A stretch of 64,000 bases of DNA. It comes from Christensenellaceae bacterium. GTDB lineage: Bacteria > Bacillota > Clostridia > Christensenellales > Borkfalkiaceae. Location of the stretch: assembly GCA_045658325.1 (NCBI GenBank), contig JAZOUX010000015.1:1194-65193 (forward strand). Reading direction: 5' to 3'. Made by a program: the position numbers and the translations under genes. Below the pieces are notes generated by a model. That model saw nothing but the letters and a program-made list of their open reading frames with translations. It had not been told where the DNA came from and did not search any database. Of this stretch, positions 29,614 to 39,547 are shown one piece after another; the first letter of the stretch is position 1, and each line of letters begins with the position of its first letter.

Positions 29614-30970
29614 ATTTTATTTCCTTTATTCCTTCACCACCGGTGCAAGCGTTGAAAAAACTTTCACCACTGCCGTCGGTTATAAGTATTTTTTTATTTA
29701 TTAATTTTGCAAACTCGCTTAAAGTCATATCGTCTAAAAAAACGTCTTCAAACTGTCTTAAACAAATGTTAGGAAGCACTAAAACGTCAAAATCTTTTTG
29801 AAAAGCATTAACTTGCTCAACTATATCTTTACCCGTCAAAAGCCCCGTACAGTTTACCGTTTCGCCAAAAAAGTTGTTTTTTACGCCTAAAACGTAATAG
29901 GTTGCACCCTTGCAGTATTTTTTAATTTTTTGACATTGTTTTTCAATAAACTTGCTTGCCGACTGCCCCGAAATTACTAGATAAACGTTTTCGTCGTTAC
30001 TCTCTTTTAAACACAAATCAATTTCCCTTTCAAATTTACTAGTCGTGCCAACACCGTTGCCTAGTTGCGAAAAATCGCCGTAATGCTCGTACTTTTCAAC
30101 AGAAAGCCCTGCTTTAAAATAAAACTCGTCACCAAGCGTTACAAAAATTTCATTAAACTCACTATTAAGCATTTTAACTTGCTCAATTACGCATTTTGAA
30201 TAATTTTTGTCAATATCACGAATTGGAAATAAACCTTCCCTAAACTTAGTAATTCCACAAGGAACTACCGATACCGACTTAAATTTCGGCTTTAACTCGT
30301 ACAATTTTTTAATACTGTCTTCTAAAAACAAGCCGTCGTTTACTGACGGTACTAATACTATTTGTCCTTCAATTTCAATGCCGTTACTAGTTAAATATTT
30401 AAGTTTTTCATAAATATCGCCAGCAAAACGGTTGTTTAACATTTTAATACGCACTTCTGGGTTAACTACTTGTACCGAAACGTATAAAGGGCTTAATTTA
30501 AGCCTAACGATACGCTCTAAATCTTCTTGCTTTAAGTTAGTTAAGGTTACGAAGTTGCCTACCATAAAACTTTGACGATAGTCGTCGTCTTTAACGTATA
30601 ACGACTTTCTCATACCCTTAGGCATTTGGTCAACGAAGCAAAAAATACATTTATTTTGACAAGTTTTAATATCAAGCAAGTCGCTTTCAAAAGTTAAACC
30701 AAGCGTTTCACACTCTTCTTTTTCGATATCAATATTACAAGTTTCACCGTTAATAGATTTTACGGTCAACTCGAATTTGGTTTGTGCGTCGTAATAGATA
30801 TAGTCTAAAATATCTATAACTTTATGACCGTCAAAATGGGTAATCGCATCGCCCTTTTCAAAGCCTAACTCTTCGCCTATTGAGTTTTTTTCAATACCCT
30901 TTACTACTAACATATATAATATTATATCTATAAACTTTAATTTTGTAAAGAAAAAATAATCGAAAAGCAC
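29606..30970 (-). CDS. DUF512-family protein (PDZ + radical-SAM-like fold)
   Basis: N-terminal PDZ-like segment, CQNKCIFCF motif, and the conserved position upstream of der in Firmicutes. The start is uncertain: GTG at 30970 or ATG at 30913. Confidence 0.6.
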   Translation of the reverse strand: MLFDYFFFTKLKFIDIILYMLVVKGIEKNSIGEELGFEKGDAITHFDGHKVIDILDYIYYDAQTKFELTVKSINGETCNIDIEKEECETLGLTFESDLLDIKTCQNKCIFCFVDQMPKGMRKSLYVKDDDYRQSFMVGNFVTLTNLKQEDLERIVRLKLSPLYVSVQVVNPEVRIKMLNNRFAGDIYEKLKYLTSNGIEIEGQIVLVPSVNDGLFLEDSIKKLYELKPKFKSVSVVPCGITKFREGLFPIRDIDKNYSKCVIEQVKMLNSEFNEIFVTLGDEFYFKAGLSVEKYEHYGDFSQLGNGVGTTSKFEREIDLCLKESNDENVYLVISGQSASKFIEKQCQKIKKYCKGATYYVLGVKNNFFGETVNCTGLLTGKDIVEQVNAFQKDFDVLVLPNICLRQFEDVFLDDMTLSEFAKLINKKILITDGSGESFFNACTGGEGIKEIKYE

Positions 30971-31004
30971 GCTTACCTTATTAAAAGTATAGCGTGCTTT
31001 AGTT

Positions 31005-32120
31005 TTAGTCTTTATTTGCCGTACCCTTTTTCTTTAAATCTTCTAAAATTGGGTTAAGCGTTTGAAGAATTCTATTTGCTATAAAATAATGCCCGATATC
31101 GTTAGGGTGAGTATTTACGAAAGCCAACTCTCTAATTTCCCTTGGGATTAATTCTTTACCCTTAATTAAGTAAACGTTTTTGTCCCCGTTTTCAACGGCG
31201 TATTTGTACGTCTCGAAAATTGCTTCATCTCTTTTTACCCTTAACCCACCGTTATAACTGTCCATAAAATAAGACGACTTGGTTAAGAAAATAATAGGTG
31301 TTTCTGGGTGAGTTTCCCTAAATTGTTTATAAAGTGGTAAATGGGTTTTTCTTAAATGCTCGGCATCTGGCGCATTGGCATCGTAATCGCAAATGAATAC
31401 CGAGCAGTCTACCGTCTTTAAATAATTAACTACGGCTTGTTCTCCCCTTGCGCCACCACTCATACTAAAGTTTATAATATCAGTTTTAGTTTTATTACAA
31501 ATTATGCAAGCAAAGTTATTGTCTGGTCTGGTTGCACAAGCACCTTGAGTAATCGAGTTGCCGTAAAAAAGTATTGGTTTTAAGTTGTTGTACGGCTCGT
31601 ATTTTTCAATTTTAGCACCTTGGTTAAACATTAAAGATAATTCGGTAACGCCACTATACGTTGGTAAATACAAAATATAGTTACGCATACCACCACGAAG
31701 CAAGCCTTCTAAGAGAAAAGTGTCACTTTCGTTAAACCCGTCTTTAGTGTAGTAAGGTGGGGCAAAACTGCGGGCAAATATTTCTTCGCCGTTAGGCATA
31801 ACTTCGCTTATATAAAAACCGTTATTAGATAAAACGTTAGAAGTTACCGTTCTTGCAACGTCGTAAAGTTTAGTTCTTATTTTAACTTTAGTTGCGTCGG
31901 TTGAAAAAGTTATTCTAACACCCGTCGTTAAACGGCTACCCCAATAAAAACCTACTTTTTTAACTACTTCTAAAGGCCATTTATGAAAACCTTCGTTTTC
32001 GTAATACGTTACGCCACCGTAAACGGTAAACGGGTCACAAGGAATTTTATATTCGTCAAAAATTTCATCGCCAATCTTTTGTTGCGCGTAATTTTTATCA
32101 ATTTTTTCAAGTATAGACAT
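31005..32120 (-). CDS. SGNH/GDSL hydrolase with N-terminal beta-sandwich domain (paralog 1)
   Basis: FYGNSITQG (block I Ser), GGARGE, and HPND..GH (block V). 371 aa. Confidence 0.6.
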   Translation of the reverse strand: MSILEKIDKNYAQQKIGDEIFDEYKIPCDPFTVYGGVTYYENEGFHKWPLEVVKKVGFYWGSRLTTGVRITFSTDATKVKIRTKLYDVARTVTSNVLSNNGFYISEVMPNGEEIFARSFAPPYYTKDGFNESDTFLLEGLLRGGMRNYILYLPTYSGVTELSLMFNQGAKIEKYEPYNNLKPILFYGNSITQGACATRPDNNFACIICNKTKTDIINFSMSGGARGEQAVVNYLKTVDCSVFICDYDANAPDAEHLRKTHLPLYKQFRETHPETPIIFLTKSSYFMDSYNGGLRVKRDEAIFETYKYAVENGDKNVYLIKGKELIPREIRELAFVNTHPNDIGHYFIANRILQTLNPILEDLKKKGTANKD

Positions 32121-32134
32121 TTTTGTTCCCCCCC

Positions 32135-33241
32135 TTATAAAATTTTATTTAAAACTTCTTCAACGGCAAATGCCATAAACATAAAGCCAAGCGTGTTAGG
32201 ATGACTTTCACCAGCCATACAAAATTCCCTAGCGTCGTATGGGAACATACTTCTTCCGTCAACGAAATAAACGTTGTTATCACCTTGATTTTTAGCGTAT
32301 TCTATCGTATCTAAAATAATTTGAGTTCTTTCGTTACCTTCACGACAAGTTACTTCAAATTCCCTAAACGCCGACGGTCTTGACATAAATATTATAGGCG
32401 TATTAGGTTGAGCGCTACGGAATTTTTTATAGAACGGTAAATGCGTTTGCCTTAAATATTCAGCCGTTGGGGCATTATGGTCGTAATCACATACGAAAAC
32501 AGAACAGTCAACGCCACATAAAAAGTCAACTATTTCAGGTTGCGCTTTTGCGCTACCCGATGCAGCAAAAGTAATATAATCAACCTTATTCCTTTTTGCT
32601 ACTACGGCTTGATAAGCATTGTCGGCTCTCGTTGCCGAACCCCCTTGAGTTATTGACGAGCCGTAATAAAGTATAGGCTTAACGTCTCTATACGGGTTAA
32701 ATTTTTCAACTTCACAATCTGCGTCAAGATACGCCGTTAAACTTATAACGCCACTATAAGTTGGGAAATAAAGAATATAATCTCGTACTTCATTACCCTT
32801 TAAATAGCACGAAATTTCTAATTCTGGCGTGAACATTGGCTCTGTTTTCCAATTATCGAATAAGTGGTTAACTAAAACTTCTTCGCCCGTTTTAGTTACT
32901 TCAACTAAAGTAAAATACGACGTTGCTAAAATTGACATTTCAGTCGCTCTACAAAAAGCAAACATTTTAACCTTAAGTTTTAACCTTGTTGAGTCGGTAC
33001 TAAACGCAAGCCTTACGCCAGACGTACATAAGTTACCCCAATTCATACTAGGTCTGTAACTTTCGTTCATAGCGTCGATTTGTTCTTTTGGAATTTTATA
33101 AAAACCATAACCTTCTTCAAATTTTGAACCAAACAAGTTAAACTTGTCGTTAGGAATTTTGTATTCCTTAAAATTGTCGCTAGCAACCGTTTCTTTGGCA
33201 AAATTTTTATCAACTTCTTCTATCTTGAATTCTTTACCCAT
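32135..33241 (-). CDS. SGNH/GDSL hydrolase with N-terminal beta-sandwich domain (paralog 2)
   Basis: YYGSSITQG and HPNTLG motifs. Collinear with the downstream paralog along its full length. Confidence 0.6.
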   Translation of the reverse strand: MGKEFKIEEVDKNFAKETVASDNFKEYKIPNDKFNLFGSKFEEGYGFYKIPKEQIDAMNESYRPSMNWGNLCTSGVRLAFSTDSTRLKLKVKMFAFCRATEMSILATSYFTLVEVTKTGEEVLVNHLFDNWKTEPMFTPELEISCYLKGNEVRDYILYFPTYSGVISLTAYLDADCEVEKFNPYRDVKPILYYGSSITQGGSATRADNAYQAVVAKRNKVDYITFAASGSAKAQPEIVDFLCGVDCSVFVCDYDHNAPTAEYLRQTHLPFYKKFRSAQPNTPIIFMSRPSAFREFEVTCREGNERTQIILDTIEYAKNQGDNNVYFVDGRSMFPYDAREFCMAGESHPNTLGFMFMAFAVEEVLNKIL

Positions 33242-33250
33242 AATGCTCCT

Positions 33251-33847
33251 TTATTTTTTATTAGGTTTTTTTACTATCCCTAAAATTATAAAAATTATTC
33301 CTAAAACAAATAACGTAACCACTAAAGCCCAAAGGACTTGAACGTTACTTAAATATCCACCTATCATAAAGGCTACGCCCACGCTTACTAGTAATAAAGA
33401 TACTATAAGCCACCACACTGAATATTTTTGCGTGCTACTTCTATCGTAATAATACGCCCTAAAAATTTCAATGCTACCACGAAGATATAATACCAAGCCT
33501 AAAATTTTACCCGCATCGTTTATGTTGAACACGTTAAATTGCGCCAATATGCACGACAATGCTATTAAACTTAAAACGACAAACTCAATAATTACTAAAA
33601 TTTTAATTGCGCCTTTATCTTTTTTAAATACCTTTTTACTTAAATACAAGGCTAGGTACAAAACTAAAATTACGGCGATTACAAGTTTTACTATCGAATA
33701 TCCCCAGTCGGCGAAAAACAACTCGCTATTTATAGTTTTCCATATAGGCATTAATATTGTCGCTGATAAAATTAAAAGACTACCAAGTACGATATAAAGC
33801 CAAAAGTTTTTAGTCTTTTCTAAATTGATAAATTTTGAAATTTTCAT
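33251..33847 (-). CDS. hypothetical membrane protein (about 6 TM)
   Basis: 198 aa and hydrophobic, with no recognisable family. Separated by 9 nt from the SGNH paralog downstream. Confidence 0.4.
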   Translation of the reverse strand: MKISKFINLEKTKNFWLYIVLGSLLILSATILMPIWKTINSELFFADWGYSIVKLVIAVILVLYLALYLSKKVFKKDKGAIKILVIIEFVVLSLIALSCILAQFNVFNINDAGKILGLVLYLRGSIEIFRAYYYDRSSTQKYSVWWLIVSLLLVSVGVAFMIGGYLSNVQVLWALVVTLFVLGIIFIILGIVKKPNKK

Positions 33848-34114
33848 TTAAATTACTCCTTAATTTATTATAGTTGATAATAAAATTGATGTCAACTTTA
33901 AAATAAAAATTAATTAAAAATTTTAGATTTTATATATTGTTTCAATCTTATACAAAATTTGCAAAAAAACATATTTTTAATATAATATCAAAATCATTTT
34001 AAAAAATTGACGGTTGCTACTTAACTATATTTAATAATCTATAATTTTACAAACAAAAAGCACGCTTTCCTTTGGCTTTTAGCAAAGTCTAGCGCGCTTT
34101 AATATTGTTTAATT

Positions 34115-35527
34115 TTATTCGCTTCTTATTATATCGGTTGTTTTAATAGTGTAGTCGTTAGTCGTATAAGTAGTATCGTTTCTCTTATACGTTATAGCGA
34201 CAACGTTGCCTGCCCTTAAAGTTAATATTTTATTTGTTAAGTCAAAATCTCTATTTATTTCAAAAGTTGTGCCGTTTACGTTTATAGCCGTTAAAATATC
34301 ACCTTTTTGTAAACCCAAACCTTGTGCGATAGAATTTTCAACTACCGAGTCAACTTTAAGTTCTTCTACGATTTTACCGTAACCCGACACTTTGTCGTAC
34401 ACATATTTACTGTCGTTTACAACTATCACCACGCCAAAAACCAACTTGTTAATATAACCGTTATTATAACTTATTATGTTTTCAATAGAATTTTTAACCG
34501 TTTCAAGAGGAACGGCAAAATTTACGTTTTGGTCAACCGAGTCGCCTGCGTTGGTTATTCCTATAAGTTTACCTTCAACGTTAAAAAGTCCACCACCCGA
34601 ATTACCAGCGTAAAGCGGTGTGTCCATTCTAAGAAGGTTATACACCCTAACCGTATTGTCTAATTTTAGTTTTACCCTTTCGTTATCAACGCTTACTATA
34701 CCTTTAGTAACGCTAATACCGTCGTCGTGTGGGTTACCTATTGCAATAGCCGTTTCTCCTACATGATAACTGCTTGCAAACTCAACAGCCGATATATTTT
34801 CGTTCACGCTTTTTAACGCTTGTGTTGAAACTTTTAAAAGGGCTATATCGTAAGCAATCGACCCCCCTACGAAATAACATGCCACACCGTTTGAGCCGTA
34901 ATCGTAAATAGCGTAACCGTCGTCGTCTACACCAATTTGAAGTGGAGTTAATTCGCTACCGTATAAATAGCACGTTACCCTTCTTGCTAATTTATTAGTT
35001 CTGTTTTGCTTATGCTCGTAAATAACGTGAAAGTTGGTAATTACATAAGTAAAATCGCTGTCAATTCTATAAATTACCCCCGAACCTGCTCCTATACTTA
35101 ACGAATTAGTTCCATCTTCATTAGTCATAGTATATTCAGAATAAATTTTAACGGTTGAAGACAGTAATTTGTTTACTGTTACCGAGTTTATATCAGTGCT
35201 TACACTTAAATATTGCCTTAAAAATTCTTCAAAAGTTGCACCCGAGTGGTCTTGTTTATATCTTTCGTATAAATCGTCAATAGAAATTTGAGGCGAATCG
35301 TCGCCGTCAGCACCGTTAATACCGTCACGACCGTTAGTTATAGTAAAAGTAGAAGTTCTACCGTCAGCGTAAGTTATAGTGTATGTGTCAACGTATCCGT
35401 CTGTACCCGTTTTTTCTATCGACATAACTTCAGTTGGTAAAATTATTTGTATACAACCCGTAAAAACAGTCGTCGTCAAAACGAGCGTCAACAATAAAAC
35501 GAATATCTTTTTTAAAGTTTTTAACAT
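34115..35527 (-). CDS. trypsin-like serine protease (S1C/HtrA-like) with C-terminal PDZ
   Basis: Signal/TM anchor. Catalytic triad context NFHV, DIALLKV and GNSGGGLF. PDZ-like GLQKGDILTAING. Confidence 0.75.
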   Translation of the reverse strand: MLKTLKKIFVLLLTLVLTTTVFTGCIQIILPTEVMSIEKTGTDGYVDTYTITYADGRTSTFTITNGRDGINGADGDDSPQISIDDLYERYKQDHSGATFEEFLRQYLSVSTDINSVTVNKLLSSTVKIYSEYTMTNEDGTNSLSIGAGSGVIYRIDSDFTYVITNFHVIYEHKQNRTNKLARRVTCYLYGSELTPLQIGVDDDGYAIYDYGSNGVACYFVGGSIAYDIALLKVSTQALKSVNENISAVEFASSYHVGETAIAIGNPHDDGISVTKGIVSVDNERVKLKLDNTVRVYNLLRMDTPLYAGNSGGGLFNVEGKLIGITNAGDSVDQNVNFAVPLETVKNSIENIISYNNGYINKLVFGVVIVVNDSKYVYDKVSGYGKIVEELKVDSVVENSIAQGLGLQKGDILTAINVNGTTFEINRDFDLTNKILTLRAGNVVAITYKRNDTTYTTNDYTIKTTDIIRSE

Positions 35528-35623
35528 TTTAACTCCTTAATTTTGACTTAAGTTATTATATTTTTGCCATTAAAAATTGGTTTTAAGCATAAACGACTTG
35601 AATATTCAAGTCGTTTGTCCATA

Positions 35624-37786
35624 TTAAAAGCCTAGCCTTGACTTTTTATCAAATATAGTTTTAAATTCTTTATCTAAAGTAGACCTAATAAAGTCGTCTT
35701 TCGTTAATACTACTTTATCGCATTTAGCAAGTTGACATCTAGTCGCGCTCTTTGCCCAAGTTCTTTCAAATAAATTCCTTACGAAACGCGCATTACTAAA
35801 TTGTTTTGAGTTAATTACGCTATCTGGTAATCCTTCAAAATACTCTTTACTTGCTTGTATAATATCTTGTTCGTACTCAAATTTGCCGTTTAACATACTT
35901 ACGAATATTTCGTGAAGTTGCGCTCTTGTAAAGTTAGGGAATTCTAAAAGGTACGGCATCCTACCTGCTAAACCTGCGTTACCTTTCATAAGTTTTTCCA
36001 TATCGTCGGTGTAACCAGCCATTATAACAACGAAGTCTTGCCTATGGTTTTCCATTTCAGCAATTAACGTGTCTAACGCTTCAACACCGTAATCTTTACT
36101 GTTGTCGTCACCCCTATAAAGCGAGTAGGCTTCGTCGATAAATAATACCGAACCGTACGCATCACGGCATATACTTGAAGTCTTTGGAGCAGTTTCACCT
36201 ATATACCTACCACAAAAATCTCTACCGGCATATTCGTAGAAATTACCTACGCTTAACACTCCCCTTTCTTTAAGTATTTTGCCTACTATTCTCGCAACGG
36301 TCGTTTTACCCGTACCTGGGTTACCCACGAAACGCATATTGATACAAGGGGCGTTTACACCACTTTCTTTACGCGCGTATTCTATTTGAGATACTATTTC
36401 GTTAATTCTATTTCTAACACTTTCAGTTCCAACTAATTTATCAAGCATTTCGTAGCCTGAAAGTTCGTCGGCAACGTAGTGATAGCATAATAAATTAGCG
36501 TCAGTTTCGTCAATATCGAAAGACGGAGTTTCTAAATCGCAATTTTTAAGTTGCTTTTTATAAACAAGTTCCATTACAAGTTTTTCACAAGTCCTAAAAC
36601 CGTAAAATCTTCCGTCGCTTTTTTCTTCGTTTAAGCGTTGTTTAAAGAAACCGAAAGCACTTTCAGTTAAATTAAAGCCGAATTTTTTACACTTTTTAAC
36701 GGCATATTCGCAAAGTTCGTTTTCAGTAAATGGTGGAACTTGAACAACTTTAATAAATAAAGTATCGTTAAGTGCTTGTCTAACCGTTTCAACTATTTCC
36801 CTATCAACGAAAGGAATTCTAAAAAATACTATCGTGTTTTGTTTGTTTTTATGTACGATTTTTAAAATTTCTTTAAATTCGTTGCTCTTTAATAAACTTA
36901 AATATGCGCTAATATCAAAACAAACGATTTTTAAAGTGTCGCTAGTATCATAACTAAAAAAGTTTTCAACGACTGAGATGCCTTCGCTAACGTCTTTTTT
37001 ATAGTCAACTACTTTTTCAACGTACGCTTCGCTACTAAATTCGCCAACCTTTAACGCTTTTAATAATTTTGCAAATAAATTTAAATAAACTGTAAGACCA
37101 CAGCCGTTATTTAAAGCAAGCAAGTAACTTTGGTAAAAAAGTGTGTTAAGCGTGCCGTTTTTAATTAAAGTTGGGGCAACCTTAGCCGTTTCACTGCAAA
37201 AGGCTTTAAATTCTTCAGCACCCGTTAAGTGCATTATTTCTTCTAAAACTTGTTCAACCGTTTCTTTGCTTTCAGTTGACTTGCGTTCATGTTTTTTATC
37301 AAAGCCCATATCTTTTAAAATTGACTTAACGGCATCAGTCGAATCTTCTTGGCTTTCAGTTTCGTCTTCATCAATTATAGGCTCTTCGTCTTTTTGCACC
37401 TTAGGATTTTTAACGCTATCTATAAATGATGCCATAGAAGAAAATACTGCATTTTTATCTTCGTTAAAAGACGTTTCAGTTGCCGTATCTCTTGGAATAT
37501 CGTTATATTTTTGGTCAATTTCAACGTCGACCCTAAACAATGAATTGTCGATATCGTCGTACAAAGATAAACACATACCATATATTGATTGACGCAAATC
37601 GTCAACGGTAATTTCTTGTTCAAACAAAACGGCTAACTCTAAAAAGGTTAAAGTTTGTTCAATAACTTTTACGTCTTTACTAATACGCCTAAATTCGTCT
37701 ATAATTCTATCGTTAGGATAATCTTCACCGTTATAATGATTTTTTGCTAACTTTTCTTCTAAAAGTATTTTAATTCTGTAATACAT
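35624..37786 (-). CDS. SpoVK/CbxX-type AAA+ ATPase with long N-terminal region
   Basis: Walker A GNPGTGKTT, Walker B LFIDEAY, and the MAGY...M..L....N.GL..R pattern typical of SpoVK. Confidence 0.7.
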   Translation of the reverse strand: MYYRIKILLEEKLAKNHYNGEDYPNDRIIDEFRRISKDVKVIEQTLTFLELAVLFEQEITVDDLRQSIYGMCLSLYDDIDNSLFRVDVEIDQKYNDIPRDTATETSFNEDKNAVFSSMASFIDSVKNPKVQKDEEPIIDEDETESQEDSTDAVKSILKDMGFDKKHERKSTESKETVEQVLEEIMHLTGAEEFKAFCSETAKVAPTLIKNGTLNTLFYQSYLLALNNGCGLTVYLNLFAKLLKALKVGEFSSEAYVEKVVDYKKDVSEGISVVENFFSYDTSDTLKIVCFDISAYLSLLKSNEFKEILKIVHKNKQNTIVFFRIPFVDREIVETVRQALNDTLFIKVVQVPPFTENELCEYAVKKCKKFGFNLTESAFGFFKQRLNEEKSDGRFYGFRTCEKLVMELVYKKQLKNCDLETPSFDIDETDANLLCYHYVADELSGYEMLDKLVGTESVRNRINEIVSQIEYARKESGVNAPCINMRFVGNPGTGKTTVARIVGKILKERGVLSVGNFYEYAGRDFCGRYIGETAPKTSSICRDAYGSVLFIDEAYSLYRGDDNSKDYGVEALDTLIAEMENHRQDFVVIMAGYTDDMEKLMKGNAGLAGRMPYLLEFPNFTRAQLHEIFVSMLNGKFEYEQDIIQASKEYFEGLPDSVINSKQFSNARFVRNLFERTWAKSATRCQLAKCDKVVLTKDDFIRSTLDKEFKTIFDKKSRLGF

Positions 37787-37807
37787 AATACTCTCCTTAA
37801 CTGGATT

Positions 37808-37836
37808 ATTATATCATATTTTTAAACGATTGACAA
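37808..37836 (-). promoter_or_regulatory. sigma-A-type promoter of the SpoVK-like gene
   Basis: On the minus strand: TTGTCA (37836-37831), a 17-nt spacer, then TATAAT (37813-37808). Confidence 0.45.
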
Positions 37837-37995
37837 CTTTTATAAAAAAATTTAACGTATAACTTGATTATTTTAGTGAGTATTTTGTCTTAACCGTACT
37901 TATATTTAAACTTTTTATAAAATTTTTACTAAAATGCTATCAAAATATTTGCGCTTTTATAAATCTTGTGTTAAAATACTTATGCTTTAATGCTT

Positions 37996-38083
37996 GCGGA
38001 CATGGCGGAATTGGCAGACGCATAAGACTAAGGATCTTATGAGGGTTCACTTCGTGCAGGTTCAAGTCCTGTTGTCCGCACCA
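37996..38083 (+). tRNA. tRNA-Leu with genomically encoded anticodon AAG, class II, CCA encoded
   Basis: Hand-folded, 88 nt. Acceptor GCGGACA/TGTCCGC, D-arm GCG-GAATTGGCAGA-CGC, anticodon stem TAAGA/TCTTA with loop C-T-A-A-G-G-A (U33, A34 A35 G36, G37). 16-nt variable arm, T-loop TTCAAGT, discriminator A. Confidence 0.8.
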
Positions 38084-38087
38084 AAAA

Positions 38088-38130
38088 AGGTGTTTTTATG
38101 CAAAAATGCGTAGAAACACCTGTTTTTTTT
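38088..38130 (+). terminator. Rho-independent terminator after tRNA-Leu(AAG)
   Basis: AGGTGTTT/AAACACCT stem followed by a T8 run at 38123-38130. Confidence 0.65.
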
Positions 38131-38206
38131 GCATAATTTTTACTTTAAATTTCCTCGTTAACCCCTTAAATTTAAATTTTTGGGGAAAATACGGGGAAAT
38201 TTTTAT

Positions 38207-39436
38207 TTAATAATTAAGAAGTAATGCTGTTTTTTGCTGATATTCCATCGAAAAATGCGTATAAACAAGCGACGTTGTGTTCCCGGCAAAAGTATGGCCA
38301 GTCCATAAACAAACTATTTCATTTTCGATACCTACTTCACGACAGCGAGTAGTAAACGTGTGACGCAGTTCGTGAAGGTGGTGTTCCGAACATAAGGACT
38401 TGAATTTACGTCCGGCTTTATTTGCCATTTTTAAAAATGGGAATTCTTCATCCTGGTTTAATGTTTTTAAAAGCGCCTTTAATTTTGGGAATATAGGCAC
38501 TACTCTATCTGCGCCGTTGACTTTATCTTTAATTTTAGTAGTATGTATCGTAATAGTGTTTGCAGTAAAATTTAAATCTTTTAATGAAAATTGAATTGCT
38601 TCAGAAACTCTTGCACCACTATATAGCAAAAACAATAGAATCGGCTCGTAGTGGTCGCCTTTGATTTTATTAATAAAATCATTTTCTTCTTTTAACGTTA
38701 ACGCTACACCCTTTTTACGATAATGCTTTGGAATCTTTACACCAGGCATAACGTCGTTTTTAATATAGCCTAAATTTTTAGCCATTCTAAAAAGCCCTAC
38801 AAGATAACTATGAACGCCTTCGGCAGTTCTGCCTTTGCCTTCAGATATCAAACTTGTTAAAACTTCTTGAATTTGTAAAGGTTGAATTTTTGATATATCA
38901 TAGTGGCCGAGTTTTGGCGTTATATGTAGTTTAACAAGTTTTTGCAAACCCTCAAACGAGTTTGCTGCTAATTCATATCTACGATATTTGTCTAAATAAA
39001 TATCGCTAACGTCTGATACCGTTTTACCCTTTACGATATTACCTTTTTTAAATTCTTTATTGAATTCCTTTAAAAAAACCCTAAATTTATCTTGCGCAAC
39101 CGAAAGTTTAGTTGCGCAAAAACTTTTTTCTACACCGAACTTGCGAAAACGTATTTCGTAACTGCCGTTCGGTTTAATTCTTACTTTTCCATCTTTAATT
39201 GAAAACATTTCTTTCTCTCCTTTTTTTATCGGAAATTTTAAAATGTCTTCCCCATCCATTCCTGCAGAACTATATTGTTCTGCTTTTTCTGTAAAAGAAA
39301 ATGCGCTATCTTGCCTAAATTGTTCAGCAAAAAGCGCACCTTTTACACGATTAAGACTGTCAATAAATTGTTGACTTGTTGTCTTGTAGTAAGTTATAAG
39401 TTGCTCAATTAAATTAATGTAATCTTGTATTTTCAT
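38207..39436 (-). CDS. int: tyrosine recombinase / phage-type integrase
   Basis: 409 aa. SGARVSEA (box I Arg), HELRHTF (box II H-x-x-R) and LVYTH (catalytic Tyr region). Perfect AAGGAGG SD. Confidence 0.85.
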   Translation of the reverse strand: MKIQDYINLIEQLITYYKTTSQQFIDSLNRVKGALFAEQFRQDSAFSFTEKAEQYSSAGMDGEDILKFPIKKGEKEMFSIKDGKVRIKPNGSYEIRFRKFGVEKSFCATKLSVAQDKFRVFLKEFNKEFKKGNIVKGKTVSDVSDIYLDKYRRYELAANSFEGLQKLVKLHITPKLGHYDISKIQPLQIQEVLTSLISEGKGRTAEGVHSYLVGLFRMAKNLGYIKNDVMPGVKIPKHYRKKGVALTLKEENDFINKIKGDHYEPILLFLLYSGARVSEAIQFSLKDLNFTANTITIHTTKIKDKVNGADRVVPIFPKLKALLKTLNQDEEFPFLKMANKAGRKFKSLCSEHHLHELRHTFTTRCREVGIENEIVCLWTGHTFAGNTTSLVYTHFSMEYQQKTALLLNY

Positions 39437-39440
39437 TTTG

Positions 39441-39463
39441 ACTACCTCCTTATTAAAGGTAGT
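39441..39463 (-). promoter_or_regulatory. hairpin overlapping the integrase Shine-Dalgarno
   Basis: The mRNA-sense sequence ACTACCT-TTAATAAGG-AGGTAGT has a 7-bp stem whose 3' arm and loop contain AAGGAGG. It ends 4 nt before the ATG. Confidence 0.35.
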
Positions 39464-39500
39464 GTAACAAAAAAATTAACTTATAACTTAATATAACTTT

Positions 39501-39527
39501 TTCTAAAAATCGGCTTGATTTTTAGAA
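39501..39527. promoter_or_regulatory. 11-bp perfect hairpin between the XRE array and int
   Basis: TTCTAAAAATC-GGCTT-GATTTTTAGAA. No clear U-tract on either strand, so this is an attenuator or a protein-binding palindrome rather than a classical terminator. Confidence 0.35.
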
Positions 39528-39547
39528 GATTAGACATTAGTTTTTAC

